From the NCBI GenBank assembly GCA_000002445.1, contig CH464491.1:32001-96000 (forward strand): a stretch of DNA of 64,000 bases. Direction: 5' to 3'. Made by a program: the position numbers and the translations under genes. The notes beneath the pieces were generated by a model. The model ran no database searches. It had not been told where the DNA came from and worked only from the letters and a program-made list of their open reading frames with translations. Within the stretch, counting starts at the first letter, position 1. Each line of letters begins with the position of its first letter. The stretch comes from Trypanosoma brucei (Eukaryota). Below, one piece after another: positions 20,719-32,132 of the stretch.

Positions 20719-23700
20719 TTATTCATTACCCTTTCCTTCGTAAACGAAACCACAGTACGGATTAGACGATGACACCTCTGCATGAGACTCACCCTTCTTT
20801 AGTGGGTTCGTAACGGTCCCAAAGCAGCGGTGTATCGCCCCCGCAGCAGCTTCCTCCACCGCATCTTTCTTGCGTTTGCTGACAGCGTAGCCAATACCGT
20901 AATGTATGTTGTCCGAGAGGAGTACACTAATGTGACAGTACCATAAACTATCCTTCATTGAAGTCTCAACAATTACGGGAAACCCGTATACAAATCCGAC
21001 AAGGTTCTTCAATGCGATAAGTTGTCTAGAGTCGTCACATTTCTTCATTATTGTGTTTTTATCAATGGAGGGAAGCCCCATCTCCTTATTGATGCTCTCT
21101 GTTAACCTCAGTAAAGACATCATGAGATCCGCATCAGGGGAAATCCTCTCCAGCTCCACGGTGCGCGCCCCATCCACCACATACAACGATGCCTCGTATT
21201 TTCTTTCCGATTGAGAGAAGCAAACATCTACCTTTACAAGAACAGAAGCATCAGCTGCAACTGTTTTATTGTCAACCAATTCCTTTTTGACATCCTCTAT
21301 TCTCGATGCGAGAAGGGATCCACTGCCATGCGCACGCACTCCCACGGAACCAGAAATTTGAGGCTCCGCCCCCATCACGCCAAGAGGATGGCTGTCGGAT
21401 TGCATATGCTCAACAAAAACACGTTGACAACATGATACCGCTGCTTTGAGTAAGGAACTGCCACGCCCATGTCCCAGAAAGAACTGAGGCGCCTCCTTGA
21501 TATTGCTGTTACTTAAAGAGGTTGGACAACGACCATACAGTTGCACATTTATCGCCTTCCCGACGCCAGAAATACGCAACTCTGTTGAGAGACCATATTT
21601 GGTCATCACACATTCAGCAATTGTTTCGAGTGGGGTTGGTGTGGGAAGTTGAGGCGGAAGCGATGGAAGAGCCGCTACCCGCCTCCAAGTTTCCAAGCAG
21701 ATTTCATTGATTTGCGCATCGTCACTGGAGGCACATACAATGGGTCCTCCTTCTTCAAACAAAGATTTCATAGCGGTGAAGAGTGCTGACACCGCCGTGG
21801 CCGAATAGGCGGCTTCCCCTAAAGGACTCATCTCATGCGGAGTTTCACGAAGTTTGCTGGTGTCGTCGCCAATCCACTTGGTGTACAACTGAGCCCTGAA
21901 ATGCCCATTATCCGCAACCTGCTCAACATTTTCCACCAGACTGAGTGACCCGCTACCACGGTCACTCGCACACTTTTCACCCAGCATGTCAACATACAAT
22001 TGAATCCCACGGCGGAACACACTGAGCATCGACTGCCGTGGAGGCACAAGTATGGGTTGTGATGGTAGCAGTTGCAACTTCTGGATAAAGGGATCCGACT
22101 CTGCAGCCATCTCAAAAGCGCTTTTAGGCAACGGAGTGGCAGATGAATAAATTCCCTCACACCCAGGGACATCACCGTTTTTGTCGATGAGCCCGTGATC
22201 CATTGCGTATTGTACACCGTCTTGGCATTCCTCTTTGAAGTGCTTAAATAACGCAATCGCAATAGCCTTTTGCTCGCTCGCAGATTTCTTCTGATCGAGT
22301 GCCAAGCAAATAAACTCCCGACACCCCTCTTCATCAACCATAAAAAGCTGTGTGGCCCACAATGGTCTTGTCGTCCGGATCCCAAGTGACTCATTCTCTG
22401 AGTTTGGAAGCAGCTGCACTCCTTCCAGAACTATTTCCTTCTTCTGGCGACGTGCGGCCCACCTCAGTTGTTCAACAATCCCCTTTGATACATGAGGGCA
22501 AATTGAGTCATTCACAGTTGCCTTCGTGGTGCTCATGATTTCCCTTACTTCTGGATGAAAGGCAAGTTGTTCTTCAAAGACGCGCGGGAAGCACTCCCGA
22601 ATTGCTGACATACTGGCAAGCGCTTCAGCCGCTTTTTTGTTAACTCCTGCAGCCTTAGCGACAGTAACAACAACAGCGGGTGGTGTGGCTTTAGTCTCCA
22701 GTTCATCTGTTGCAGCACCCGCAGGCGAGGGCTTACACCAACCCAACTCCACGTCAACATTAGTGACAAAAGTCCCACCAGTGCTCCTCAGCGTCACGAA
22801 AAGTACCCGATCCTCCTCAATGCCGAAACTATGGTGAAGTAGTCGTCGAAGGATTTCCTTAGGTCTGATACCTTTCGGTGGTAAAGCAAGAATAACAGGG
22901 TGGTCCGCGATACGCTTCCTTGCTCCCTCTGTCGCCACAGCACTCACGATATCTGCCGCCTTCTCCACGCACGAAAGGGCTATCGGTAAAGCGTTTTCGT
23001 GTTTACCCGTCAGCGCGCTTATCTGGCGGCCACTAAGTGTCTGCACGCTCACGCGCACCTGGCCATCCCCTATGTTGGTAGGAACAATGTTCACCTCTTC
23101 ACACGTGGCGTTGCGGATAATATCCATGTAAACACTTAACTCACTAATGTTGTGATTACGCTCTGCGTACCGAGGGGGTTGAGGTAAGCCCGCTGACTTG
23201 AATCCTTCGAAAATAGCTCGGCGCGCTGTACTCGAGTAACTAACACCAATGGATTCACCGAAGAAAGCATTTTTGACCGCCTTTTCTTCGGAGGAAAGTT
23301 TATCAACTGAGTCACGGGCATTTAGAGACACGGTTACTGTATGGGTAGCAACTCCCTGAAGATCTGTTCCTTTGGAGTGGTCAATGTTCAGTCGCAAAGA
23401 GGGGAACTGCTCCTCCAGCATCCGTTTGGCAGTAGAAATATCCTCCCCGCGCTCACGCAGATCAAGTACCGTCGCGCTACTTTGCTTTTCAGTGTGTGAA
23501 ACTAAGCTGGCATCAACAGCCTTCACTAGCCCATCAGACATGGAGGTCGCATCCAAAACAACTAACGGTGCCCAAGCGGTCTCCCCAACAGCTGATGATT
23601 CAATGACAACTGCTGGTTCACTAGAAATACACAACCTAAAATCCCTTGTCCATTTCTTTCGTAGTGACTTAATATCCGACATCACAGCCGCCAATGATAG

Positions 23701-23943
23701 TTTCAACCCTCCGCTATTTGTCGCGTGGGAACAAGGACACGCGCAAACCACTGCCTCCGCGGCTGCCGGAGATGCGTCAGGAACAGACGAAACTGGGGGG
23801 CTCGAAACCACCACATTTCGGGTCTGCGCATGAAATAATAACAACCTGGGTCGCAGAAATAACAAACGCCACATACTATTCTGCTTCTCTATCGGCCTTC
23901 CTCTCCTCTCCTTACACCTCACACCCCCCCCACACACACACAC
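20719..23943 (-). CDS. Large hypothetical protein. The probable true start is at 23681 (MSDIKSLRKKW...), giving about 987 aa.
   Basis: The first 87 codons of the ORF are translated from a poly-C/(CA)n-rich spacer (MCVCGGGVRCK...). The Met at 23681 is the first one followed by ordinary protein sequence. No family recognised. Confidence 0.55.
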   Translation of the reverse strand: MCVCGGGVRCKERRGRPIEKQNSMWRLLFLRPRLLLFHAQTRNVVVSSPPVSSVPDASPAAAEAVVCACPCSHATNSGGLKLSLAAVMSDIKSLRKKWTRDFRLCISSEPAVVIESSAVGETAWAPLVVLDATSMSDGLVKAVDASLVSHTEKQSSATVLDLRERGEDISTAKRMLEEQFPSLRLNIDHSKGTDLQGVATHTVTVSLNARDSVDKLSSEEKAVKNAFFGESIGVSYSSTARRAIFEGFKSAGLPQPPRYAERNHNISELSVYMDIIRNATCEEVNIVPTNIGDGQVRVSVQTLSGRQISALTGKHENALPIALSCVEKAADIVSAVATEGARKRIADHPVILALPPKGIRPKEILRRLLHHSFGIEEDRVLFVTLRSTGGTFVTNVDVELGWCKPSPAGAATDELETKATPPAVVVTVAKAAGVNKKAAEALASMSAIRECFPRVFEEQLAFHPEVREIMSTTKATVNDSICPHVSKGIVEQLRWAARRQKKEIVLEGVQLLPNSENESLGIRTTRPLWATQLFMVDEEGCREFICLALDQKKSASEQKAIAIALFKHFKEECQDGVQYAMDHGLIDKNGDVPGCEGIYSSATPLPKSAFEMAAESDPFIQKLQLLPSQPILVPPRQSMLSVFRRGIQLYVDMLGEKCASDRGSGSLSLVENVEQVADNGHFRAQLYTKWIGDDTSKLRETPHEMSPLGEAAYSATAVSALFTAMKSLFEEGGPIVCASSDDAQINEICLETWRRVAALPSLPPQLPTPTPLETIAECVMTKYGLSTELRISGVGKAINVQLYGRCPTSLSNSNIKEAPQFFLGHGRGSSLLKAAVSCCQRVFVEHMQSDSHPLGVMGAEPQISGSVGVRAHGSGSLLASRIEDVKKELVDNKTVAADASVLVKVDVCFSQSERKYEASLYVVDGARTVELERISPDADLMMSLLRLTESINKEMGLPSIDKNTIMKKCDDSRQLIALKNLVGFVYGFPVIVETSMKDSLWYCHISVLLSDNIHYGIGYAVSKRKKDAVEEAAAGAIHRCFGTVTNPLKKGESHAEVSSSNPYCGFVYEGKGNE

Positions 23944-23944
23944 A
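23924..23944. repeat. C8 followed by a (CA)7 microsatellite.
   Basis: The sequence acaccccccccacacacacacacag, immediately 5' of the ORF 20719..23943. It generates the artefactual MCVCGGGV N-terminus. Confidence 0.9.
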
Positions 23945-24564
23945 GAAGATAACAGTTCTCAAATCAAGAAGCCTCGAAGCCAACGCTACAAAGAGAAGTA
24001 GAGGCTACTTGGCCTTATGCTGTCCCCCTGAAAAGCAAGAAACCGAAGAAAAAGAATATTTGAAGAAAAAACAGCAATAAGCAATTTACTGAGGTGGCTC
24101 TACTTCATGTTATTGTGTTGTTGTTGTTGTTTGTTTTTGCGTTGCTTGATGACTGGGTATGCCTCTCGCCACCAACAAACTCCCCAAAAACTGATAAATG
24201 TTAAGCCGGACACAAAAACAACAGTAATGATAGTAATAATAATGATGATCACAGGAACAACAATAAGTAACCCCCGCGATGCAACACTAACAGGAGCCAC
24301 CGTGCCAACGCCCAGCAAAATCCTTCACATGAAATAGCGCATGGGACACAATTGTGTACTAAAGAATGAATATTTATCCACGCTGAGGCCAAATCCCTCT
24401 AAGAATTTTGACAAACTCCCAACACCATCTGGACGACCCCTACGGAGGTTTGAGTAACCATCTCCACCTCTACCTTTCCATCAAACCACAGGTGCCATCA
24501 TATGCGTAGGCAACGCGGCAGACACGAACAGTGGCTCCCACCAACGCATATTTGGTTCACTGGC

Positions 24565-25275
24565 TCACTCGCGAGACTCACACAGTGCAATAATATTGAA
24601 CCGAGGAGATTGTGGGTCCCGACCCATTTTCTCCTTAATCGCATCCACGCATGACTTTACAAAACTCTCCTCGTCCACGCAATGGCCATGAAGAAGTGGA
24701 TGAGGCTTTCTTCCGTCAAGTTCCACACAGCGATCACCTATCTTTACAAAACAGGTAAAATGAAGGTCGATATCTGCGTCGAGAGGCTGATTATCGGTAA
24801 CACCTGATGCTGACGCCAATGCATGTGCCTGGTCAAGCAGGGAATCTGATTCAATTAGTTTTGCATTTTCCTCGGGGGATTTATCCTTCGTACTCCACAG
24901 AAGTGTAGCAATTGGGCTTCCCTCCAACATGTCGCCCACAACATCCGTGTTATTGAGAACAGCGTGGAGCACAGCCATGGTGCCGCAAGCATTGGAAATT
25001 GTCTGTTTGCTGTAGAAGAACTTGTTTGTCGTCATAAACTGCTCTATTTCAGATTTTTGCTTGAGACAAGCTGCAGCATCTCCAGACTCCATCCCATCTG
25101 ACAATGGATACAAAAGAATCATCGCGTAAATCGGTCGGGGGACCATGGCGAGTAATTCGGCATCCAGGCCAAACACATCGTTGAATGCCACCTTTGGGTT
25201 GGTCAACCCTAAACTCTTCAGATATTCGTTCAACACATCGGGATTGCTTTCGAGCGGTAGCCACGTTTTGGTCAT
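24565..25275 (-). CDS. UCHL: Ubiquitin C-terminal hydrolase, UCH-L family (peptidase C12).
   Basis: The N-terminus reads MTKTWLPLESNPDVLNEYLKSLG. The catalytic region shows Q...NACGT around the catalytic Cys. Length is 236 aa. Confidence 0.8.
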   Translation of the reverse strand: MTKTWLPLESNPDVLNEYLKSLGLTNPKVAFNDVFGLDAELLAMVPRPIYAMILLYPLSDGMESGDAAACLKQKSEIEQFMTTNKFFYSKQTISNACGTMAVLHAVLNNTDVVGDMLEGSPIATLLWSTKDKSPEENAKLIESDSLLDQAHALASASGVTDNQPLDADIDLHFTCFVKIGDRCVELDGRKPHPLLHGHCVDEESFVKSCVDAIKEKMGRDPQSPRFNIIALCESRE

Positions 25276-26089
25276 AGCGACAAACCTACCGAAGCAGATT
25301 ACAACTTTTGATCCTTCGAATTTTGATGCTCTCTTATTTGTTTTTTTTATCGTTTTCGGTCCCCACTTGTATCTCCTTCTTGTCTACTGAAACGGCCGGC
25401 AAAACCTTAGGTTATATCCGAGAGAAAGCAACGAAACGATGATTTGGAAAGGTGTGAGAAGCGGAGAGAGCGGGAAGGCTTAATAATTAAAGGAGGGAGC
25501 ACCACAACAAAGGGATCTATTTTCACGCGCCTATACCATGGCCAGCACTCTCGAGTATTTGTGTAGCACAGCAACAAACATAGTCATATATCAGTGTCAT
25601 TCACGACACCCGCGGCAAATAACAACACACCAGACACCAAATGAAAACAACAACAAAAATACGCGGGGGCTCTTTCACTGTTGAGCTTAGAAGTGAGTTC
25701 ACAGAAGGAAAATAAGTCCCTTGCTCCGCACTCACAATATTATGGTTCTGCAATGGCTCCACAAGATCCATAAACCTGTTCTCAACGTACACGCATATAT
25801 ACGATCACTCATTTTCCTTTCCGATAGCCACATTCCCTTCATACAGATTCCCTTACAAACAAAAACCTCATCTATGTCCTTAGTTTCCTGAATGATATAT
25901 GCATGCTTCCTTTCCAACTTTCTTTTGTTTTCAGCCCTTTTTTTCTCCTCATTCTACTTCCATCTCCTACTCTTACCTCAAAGCCTTCTTTACTCCGGTT
26001 CCACTCTCTAATTTGGCGTGTTGGCACTTGCAAAGGGCAAAAACAAAAGTGCCACAATGTCCTACCCACACTCACCACAAACAGTTTCT

Positions 26090-29000
26090 CTAAAGAAGAT
26101 GAGTCTTCAAATCAGGATCGATTTGTCTTTGCACCTGATTCAGGTCAACCATGTTCTCACACATGGGGCACACCTGAGACTGTCGCAACAGTGTAATGAA
26201 CGAAGTATACAAAGCAGGGAAGTGACACACAGGGCACTCAGAGTAGTTTTGCTTGACCATGTGTTTCCCTGTCACAATGCAAAAAGGAAGCGTATTCTTG
26301 CAGGATCCGCACTCCAATTCCGTCTCGAGCACTCCGGCATCGCAGAAGGGGCATGGAGACGTATCCTCTTGGGGATCTTCTAACTCCTCTTTACCGCGTC
26401 TGCGCACTATGGCTTCGATCTTCTTCCGGTTTTTGTCATCTAACTCAGTTCTGTACCTCTCATTTTGAATAATGATGCAGGCGTTGTCAAACGCAGACTT
26501 CTTGAAGCCGCTTTTCAGGCACTGCAATGCGGTGGATGTATATAAAGTGGAAATGTGTTGCGGAAACCTTTGGATGTTCCGTACCACGCGCAGGAGCATA
26601 CGGGAAGCCGTTTCATCATCATTCATCACCTTGATGAGGTGCTTTACGATCACGTACGAGTGTAGTAACATAAGACTCCGTCGCAGGTCGTTGGGCACAC
26701 GCATCTTTCTATCCCTGAGAATACGGAAGGCCTCCACGAGTGTCCTGTGGGCTGCCATGTAGCTCCCCACCTCCTGTTCTTTTGTAGCAATAAGCACAGA
26801 TGTTTTGGCAGCTTTTTCATAACTCCCGAGGGCCATGTACAACTTAAAAATATACGATGGTTCCTTCGGCTCCCCATCTGTCTCTCCCATAAGATAGTCA
26901 ATAAGTTTGTTAGTCAATGTATCGCTTCGAGACCTTCCGACAACCTCGATGGCCTTCTCAATATCCTCTGGTTGACCGGCCTCAAGGTAGTTCTTCAGTG
27001 CATACGGAAAATTGCCTGCAATGTGGTAGAACAATCCCGCTTGCCCTGGTTTGACATTCTGCTCGTAGTGGCGTGCTATGGCCGAAAACTCATTTTGATT
27101 AGCAGCTGGAGCCACACCATCAGTAAGCTGAACTTGTGAAAGCAATGCGCTCTCTAATGCAGTCATGCAGCCCTTTTCCTTCGCCAGCTCAAACCCCTCA
27201 AAGAAGGCCTTCGCAAGGACAAAGAACTCGACGGCGACAGAAAACTCACCACGCTTTTTGCACATGTTTGCTACAACAGACGCGGCAGCAACCGACCGCG
27301 TCTGACGGACAATATCGTACGCACCCTGCAAGTTGTTTAGTTTCTCAACTCTAATGCGTACCACATTGTCCCAGTCCTCCGCCTGTGTATACGCTTTCTC
27401 TGCCTCAGAGAATGCGCCTTCTTCCTCCTTTCCCTTAGCGAACATGCCAATGATGTTGCGAGATGTAATGCGAGGGATGATGCGACTTGCTGCTTTTAAG
27501 TTTCGTGCATCCACAATATACAGCTTCGCGGCGTGCTCAAAATTCAGCGCCTTCTCGTACAAATGCGCAGCCTCGTCGCAGTGCCGGAGGCTTTCCAAAA
27601 TTTCTGCGCATTCTGTGACAAAAGCCAAATCATTAGACTGTTCCGCCAACTTCACACCTTCTTGTACTCCGCCAGTGCGTAACAAGCATCGCGCTGATCC
27701 CTGCAAGCACTCAGCATTATGTTTCTTTACTTCACCCTGCGCAGCAGTCAGTTCAGTACTCGCATGTCCCTTCGGCATTGCCATTTCACCTGCCCTATAC
27801 ATTTCAAGGGCATTCGCATACTCCCCACGGTACTCAAGTTGTTGAGCATATTCCTTAGATAAGATGGGTAGTTTCTCTGGAGCCAACTGCTTCGCAAGAG
27901 TCAAGGCCGGTTCCCACTGCATGAGATCGTGCCGCATTTGTAAGGCACAAAGAGGCTGCGAGGAACGAAGAAAAAAGTTCTGCGCATCTTTAAAGTACCC
28001 CATAATCATAGAGACGTGTCCTATCAGGAGATTCTTTTCATTTATATGTTTAATGCTCTCAATATACATGACGAGGCTCGGTTGGGATAATTGCCGGTAG
28101 AGTCGGATGGCGAGTTCAACGTCAAGCATGTGCAGTGCCTTCACGGCCAAGTCCTCAGCCTCTTGTGGTGTACTAATATTTTGGGACGCCCACCGTAGGT
28201 GATTCAAAGAAAAGTTATTGTAGAACGCCTCCGAGTTTGGTACACGAGAAGTGGCCCGGTTATGCGAAGCCAGTGTGAGAGATTCTACAGCGTTGCATGG
28301 GCCCTGAAGCGTTACGGTACCCTTCATTACACCGAGTGGAGTGAAGCCACTTGGAATATTGGTGATAAGATTGACAGTTTTTGAATCCTTGACAACCACA
28401 GATTCGGCTGTTGGCCCATATCGGCTATGTGGTGCGTAAACGTACGTCACCATCGTGCTTGCGTTGTAAGATACCAACACACCGTAGTCACCTTGATCCC
28501 ATAAAATGTCCTTGTGCCCCTGCTCAAATCCTTCGGTTTGAGTGGAAACAAGTGTTATAGGATTAAGTATAAACATAACGTCATACTTGTCGATGAGGGC
28601 TATCCGAGTGCAGCTGAAATTAGGGAATGCTCGCTTAATTCCAGTAGTAGGTGTGTGCTCCATCACACATTGGTAGTCAGCAAGATTGACAATGAAAATT
28701 TTCTCTGGGGTTGCGTACATGAAGAGGGAGTCACTTATCCCAATAGAAATAACATCAGCGCCTCCACTCTCCGGAAGTGTAATAGAATCCGCACCGCTCC
28801 ACACTTCGTGCAGTTGAACCTTTCCGTCACAGAGCGCGGCCGCGTGGTTGTTGGACACTTTCAGAGCAGAAACATTTGAAGGGTAATTCACTGTATTTAC
28901 CAATTTGGCCTCTCCTTCCCCGGCCTTGTAGTATGCACCAGTGTTCCGAGAGCACACAGCTAAGACATCCCGTGAGGCAGCTAACAAAGTGGGATCCATG

Positions 29001-30160
29001 TCTAATGTCGCAGTGAAGACAACACGGTCATCCTTGACAGACTTCACCGTTACCGTTCGCGATCCGGTTAGTGAATAAATATTTGGTCCACACACCACAC
29101 TCGAGACAGGCACACTCCTCTTGAAACTGATTAAATGGGGTTGGTCAGTAACTACAGTTATGTTCATTCCATTCCCACTATGTTGCACGTCCTGTAGTGC
29201 ACCTAATGCCCCCTCCAGCTGAATCGAATCTGATTTTATTTCAGTTATTCGCTTGTCAGCCAAAGAAAAGAACTTGATGCTCGATCCAGCAACGGCAACG
29301 CAAGTTCCGGAGCCCCCAGAGCACGACATGCCGCACACGGCATCCTCGAACGGTCGGGTCACACCGTATACCTTGGAGTTTTGATGGTTGATTTGAACGA
29401 GGGCCATTGCACCAGAAGTAAACCCCACACATGTCAATCCTCCAGCAAGGCACCTGCACACCGTGATATTTCCAAGTTTTGCATCAAACGTCAATACGTG
29501 AGGTTGGAGAGTTTCCAAGTTGTAGTGCTCCAACACAGTGCCACAGTTAACCAAGGCAACTACGTTGGCAAGTGATGATGGATCACCGTGACCTGGAAAA
29601 TCAATCACCGAAAGGGAAGAAGGGACATTTTTTACGGTTACCCGCTGTTGAACGTTACCAGCAGCGTCAGAAACGGAAAGTACCTGATCCTCCCCAATCA
29701 CCACAAGGTTGTTGCTCGCTGTCCACACGCCATCAATAATTCGATTGTCATGGGTTCCAGTAACAGGCACTTTCTTCATTGTCTCACTATTTATTACCAT
29801 GAGGTCGCCGCCTGTGTTGCCTACTGCCAAAAGCGAAGCGACAGGAGACCATGCCATGAAACACAACCCCTGAAGGCCGGTATCTATAGAATCGGGTCCG
29901 GCCTCATTGCTCATTAGTAAAGAAACATTACTGGAGTCCTGTTGAATAAGGGCAAGTACAGCGCGTGTAGGATCCCACCCGAGCCGGGAGACATTGGGAA
30001 GAGAGAAAGTGTGAAGTCCTTTTCCTTCAGAGGATATTATTCGCACCTTCCCGTTGGGGCAATACACTGCAAGTTTTGAGCTATGGGGATCCCATGCGAA
30101 TTGCGGAACCCCCCGGTCGAGGTCCTCTGCCGTAAGCTCAAACTTTTTTTGAATGCTCAT
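26090..30160 (-). CDS. IFT144: Intraflagellar transport complex A subunit IFT144 (WDR19 orthologue).
   Basis: The N-terminal WD40 region is collinear with human WDR19. Examples are PQFAWDP against IQFAWQK, LGWDPTRAVLALI against MDWDKDGDVLAVI, and MAWSPVASLLAVGNTGGDLMVINSETMKKVPVTGTHDNRI against [40 protein letters not shown]. A long TPR/alpha-solenoid region follows. The C-terminal Cys-rich zinc-finger-like tail reads CPFCDAG...CGSCKNT...CPVCHFP...CPMCEN. Length is 1356 aa. Confidence 0.8.
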   Translation of the reverse strand: MSIQKKFELTAEDLDRGVPQFAWDPHSSKLAVYCPNGKVRIISSEGKGLHTFSLPNVSRLGWDPTRAVLALIQQDSSNVSLLMSNEAGPDSIDTGLQGLCFMAWSPVASLLAVGNTGGDLMVINSETMKKVPVTGTHDNRIIDGVWTASNNLVVIGEDQVLSVSDAAGNVQQRVTVKNVPSSLSVIDFPGHGDPSSLANVVALVNCGTVLEHYNLETLQPHVLTFDAKLGNITVCRCLAGGLTCVGFTSGAMALVQINHQNSKVYGVTRPFEDAVCGMSCSGGSGTCVAVAGSSIKFFSLADKRITEIKSDSIQLEGALGALQDVQHSGNGMNITVVTDQPHLISFKRSVPVSSVVCGPNIYSLTGSRTVTVKSVKDDRVVFTATLDMDPTLLAASRDVLAVCSRNTGAYYKAGEGEAKLVNTVNYPSNVSALKVSNNHAAALCDGKVQLHEVWSGADSITLPESGGADVISIGISDSLFMYATPEKIFIVNLADYQCVMEHTPTTGIKRAFPNFSCTRIALIDKYDVMFILNPITLVSTQTEGFEQGHKDILWDQGDYGVLVSYNASTMVTYVYAPHSRYGPTAESVVVKDSKTVNLITNIPSGFTPLGVMKGTVTLQGPCNAVESLTLASHNRATSRVPNSEAFYNNFSLNHLRWASQNISTPQEAEDLAVKALHMLDVELAIRLYRQLSQPSLVMYIESIKHINEKNLLIGHVSMIMGYFKDAQNFFLRSSQPLCALQMRHDLMQWEPALTLAKQLAPEKLPILSKEYAQQLEYRGEYANALEMYRAGEMAMPKGHASTELTAAQGEVKKHNAECLQGSARCLLRTGGVQEGVKLAEQSNDLAFVTECAEILESLRHCDEAAHLYEKALNFEHAAKLYIVDARNLKAASRIIPRITSRNIIGMFAKGKEEEGAFSEAEKAYTQAEDWDNVVRIRVEKLNNLQGAYDIVRQTRSVAAASVVANMCKKRGEFSVAVEFFVLAKAFFEGFELAKEKGCMTALESALLSQVQLTDGVAPAANQNEFSAIARHYEQNVKPGQAGLFYHIAGNFPYALKNYLEAGQPEDIEKAIEVVGRSRSDTLTNKLIDYLMGETDGEPKEPSYIFKLYMALGSYEKAAKTSVLIATKEQEVGSYMAAHRTLVEAFRILRDRKMRVPNDLRRSLMLLHSYVIVKHLIKVMNDDETASRMLLRVVRNIQRFPQHISTLYTSTALQCLKSGFKKSAFDNACIIIQNERYRTELDDKNRKKIEAIVRRRGKEELEDPQEDTSPCPFCDAGVLETELECGSCKNTLPFCIVTGKHMVKQNYSECPVCHFPALYTSFITLLRQSQVCPMCENMVDLNQVQRQIDPDLKTHLL

Positions 30161-30300
30161 TTAAAGCGGTATAAAACGTAAGCAAAAACGAAAAGGAGCA
30201 CACAAGCAAAAAGCAAGCTTCGTGTAAATGAAATGAAACTACCGAATAAAAATAAGGGGGAAAATAAAAGTAACATTTCAGCAAAAAGTGGATGGAAAGG
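30161..30300 (-). promoter_or_regulatory. Purine-rich (plus) and pyrimidine-rich (minus) region upstream of IFT144.
   Basis: The plus strand reads aagcaaaaacgaaaaggagcacacaagcaaaaagcaagc...aataaaaataagggggaaaataaaag, immediately 5' of the ATG at 30160 on the minus strand. Confidence 0.35.
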
Positions 30301-30396
30301 TGTTAATATACCCCGCGCAACAAGAAAACAGATAGGCAATCAACCTATAGGGAAGCTGAATAACAAGCAAATGGGTGGGAAACATAACTTGTCAAA

Positions 30397-30414
30397 ATAT
30401 ATATATATATATAT
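30397..30414. repeat. (AT)9 microsatellite.
   Basis: The sequence atatatatatatatatat. Confidence 0.9.
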
Positions 30415-30816
30415 GTTAATTTAATGTGTTTAACTTTACTCCGGCACCGCAATCCCTCAACAACTGACAACCTCATGAACTGTTCGTAACAAAATGAGAA
30501 AAAGAAGGAAGAGGAGGAGGGAAAAGTCACACCAAAAGTCGTATTGCTGTTTCCTGGTGCGGTACGCATTTCAGGAAACTACGTACTGAAACAACTGTAC
30601 GCTCTACGGATTTTGGTAGCTATTGGTATTCATCTTTTATGCTGGTGCTCCCTCTCACTGCTTATGCAGCGGAGCTTAAACCACAGACGACCCGACTTTT
30701 GAACAAAAGGAAACAGTGCGATGCTGCGTTCCAACCGGTCGCTCAGTGTGAAAAAAAAAAGGGGGTCAAAAGATACTCGAGTGTAGCTCACACTACCAAG
30801 ACTATTTCGCGGTACG

Positions 30817-31749
30817 TTATCCATTCAAACCGCTGCACACACAAAGAAGTTTATTAGTGGACCCTTGTGCCTCAAATATTCGATTTACTTGTTCGTAAGC
30901 AGCGATAAGTACCGCATTGCCGGGAAAAGCACGAATAGCCGTAACGCCGTAGCCACGTATGAGTCCGCGCATTCCCTCTATCTTATACAGGCGCATCAAA
31001 CCCTGAGTGATGGAAAGATTACCGTATTCACTTCTATTTGTCTGTACTTTAGTTTTAAGGACGTCAATTGGGTAAATAGACGTCCAGAAAACGACACCGG
31101 CACAACCACCCCCGAGAAAATGAACAAAAGGCGAGGCATCAGTGAAGACTTGCCCCTCCTGCAACATATTCCGAATAACCAATTGAAAGGTAGAAAAATA
31201 CATTCCACAGCCAAGTGCCTCCCGCATGATCATGGATACATGTCCCTTGAAGAGCCCCCGGATTCCGGAACTTCGATAAATGGAGGTGACACAATGTGCA
31301 GAGTTTTTATATATGCGTTTCTCCTCGGGGAGTGTGTTTTGTACTTGCATTTTACACTTAATCAACTCTGCAGGTGTTAACACGTGCGATACTACGATAC
31401 CACCAATGGCAGCTGCTGTAAAAACAGCAAGATAAGGTTCCGTGTCAGGCTCACACCGCTTTCTGTAAAAGAGATCCTGCGCCGGGCCTATGGCTTCGCG
31501 ATATGTAGCGAAGAGAGTGGCATTTTCCACAGCTGCACCAATCACGGGTAATGGAAGTCCCCTAAAAAAACCACCAAAAATGCCCTCACTGCGAGTTATC
31601 TCTATGATACAGCTCAAACTCCCACGGTAACGGTGTGGGTCGTCCTGCAGTCTCACTTTTATGGTATCCAGTGGGTATTCCACTATAGTTGCCAGTGCGC
31701 CACCAACTGAACCCGCAGTAACCTCCTTCAGAAAGTTTCCATCATGCAT
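30817..31749 (-). CDS. Mitochondrial carrier protein (SLC25 family).
   Basis: It has three tandem ~100-aa repeats with Px[DE]xx[KR]-like signatures: PLDTIKVRLQ, TPAELIKCKMQ and PIDVLKTKVQ. It is 310 aa with six predicted TM helices. Confidence 0.8.
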   Translation of the reverse strand: MHDGNFLKEVTAGSVGGALATIVEYPLDTIKVRLQDDPHRYRGSLSCIIEITRSEGIFGGFFRGLPLPVIGAAVENATLFATYREAIGPAQDLFYRKRCEPDTEPYLAVFTAAAIGGIVVSHVLTPAELIKCKMQVQNTLPEEKRIYKNSAHCVTSIYRSSGIRGLFKGHVSMIMREALGCGMYFSTFQLVIRNMLQEGQVFTDASPFVHFLGGGCAGVVFWTSIYPIDVLKTKVQTNRSEYGNLSITQGLMRLYKIEGMRGLIRGYGVTAIRAFPGNAVLIAAYEQVNRIFEAQGSTNKLLCVCSGLNG

Positions 31750-32132
31750 TCTCCCTCAAAGTTAACAAAAACAAAACGGAATAGGTTGCCCTAATTTTTT
31801 ATTAGGAAAAAACAAGTTGAGCCGGGTTGTGTGAGGTGTTTTCGGGGCTACCTTATGTATGGTGCGCAGCTATGGTGAGAATAACAGAACGAGAAAAATA
31901 TATAAGCAGAAAGGACAAAAATATATATTATCACAGCAATACAATAAAAAAAGATATAGCACGATGCAGCCAATATTAAACGATAAAGGAAAAGGATGCT
32001 GTGCCAAAAGGTGACAGGACGCTTAATAATAATGAAGCATATTCGCTTAACAGTGAATGATTCCCTTAATGTTGTTTTTCCCCCTCACTCAGGGAGTAAT
32101 GCCCACTCCTCACCGTAAGTACGCCAGCGGAT

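Noticed and set aside
26253-28100. Plus-strand ORFs of 70-170 codons (for example 27333..27845 and 26747..27139) antisense to the IFT144 gene.
   Set aside because: They lie entirely within a strongly supported 1356-codon minus-strand CDS and have no recognisable features. They are typical shadow ORFs of a long coding region on the opposite strand.
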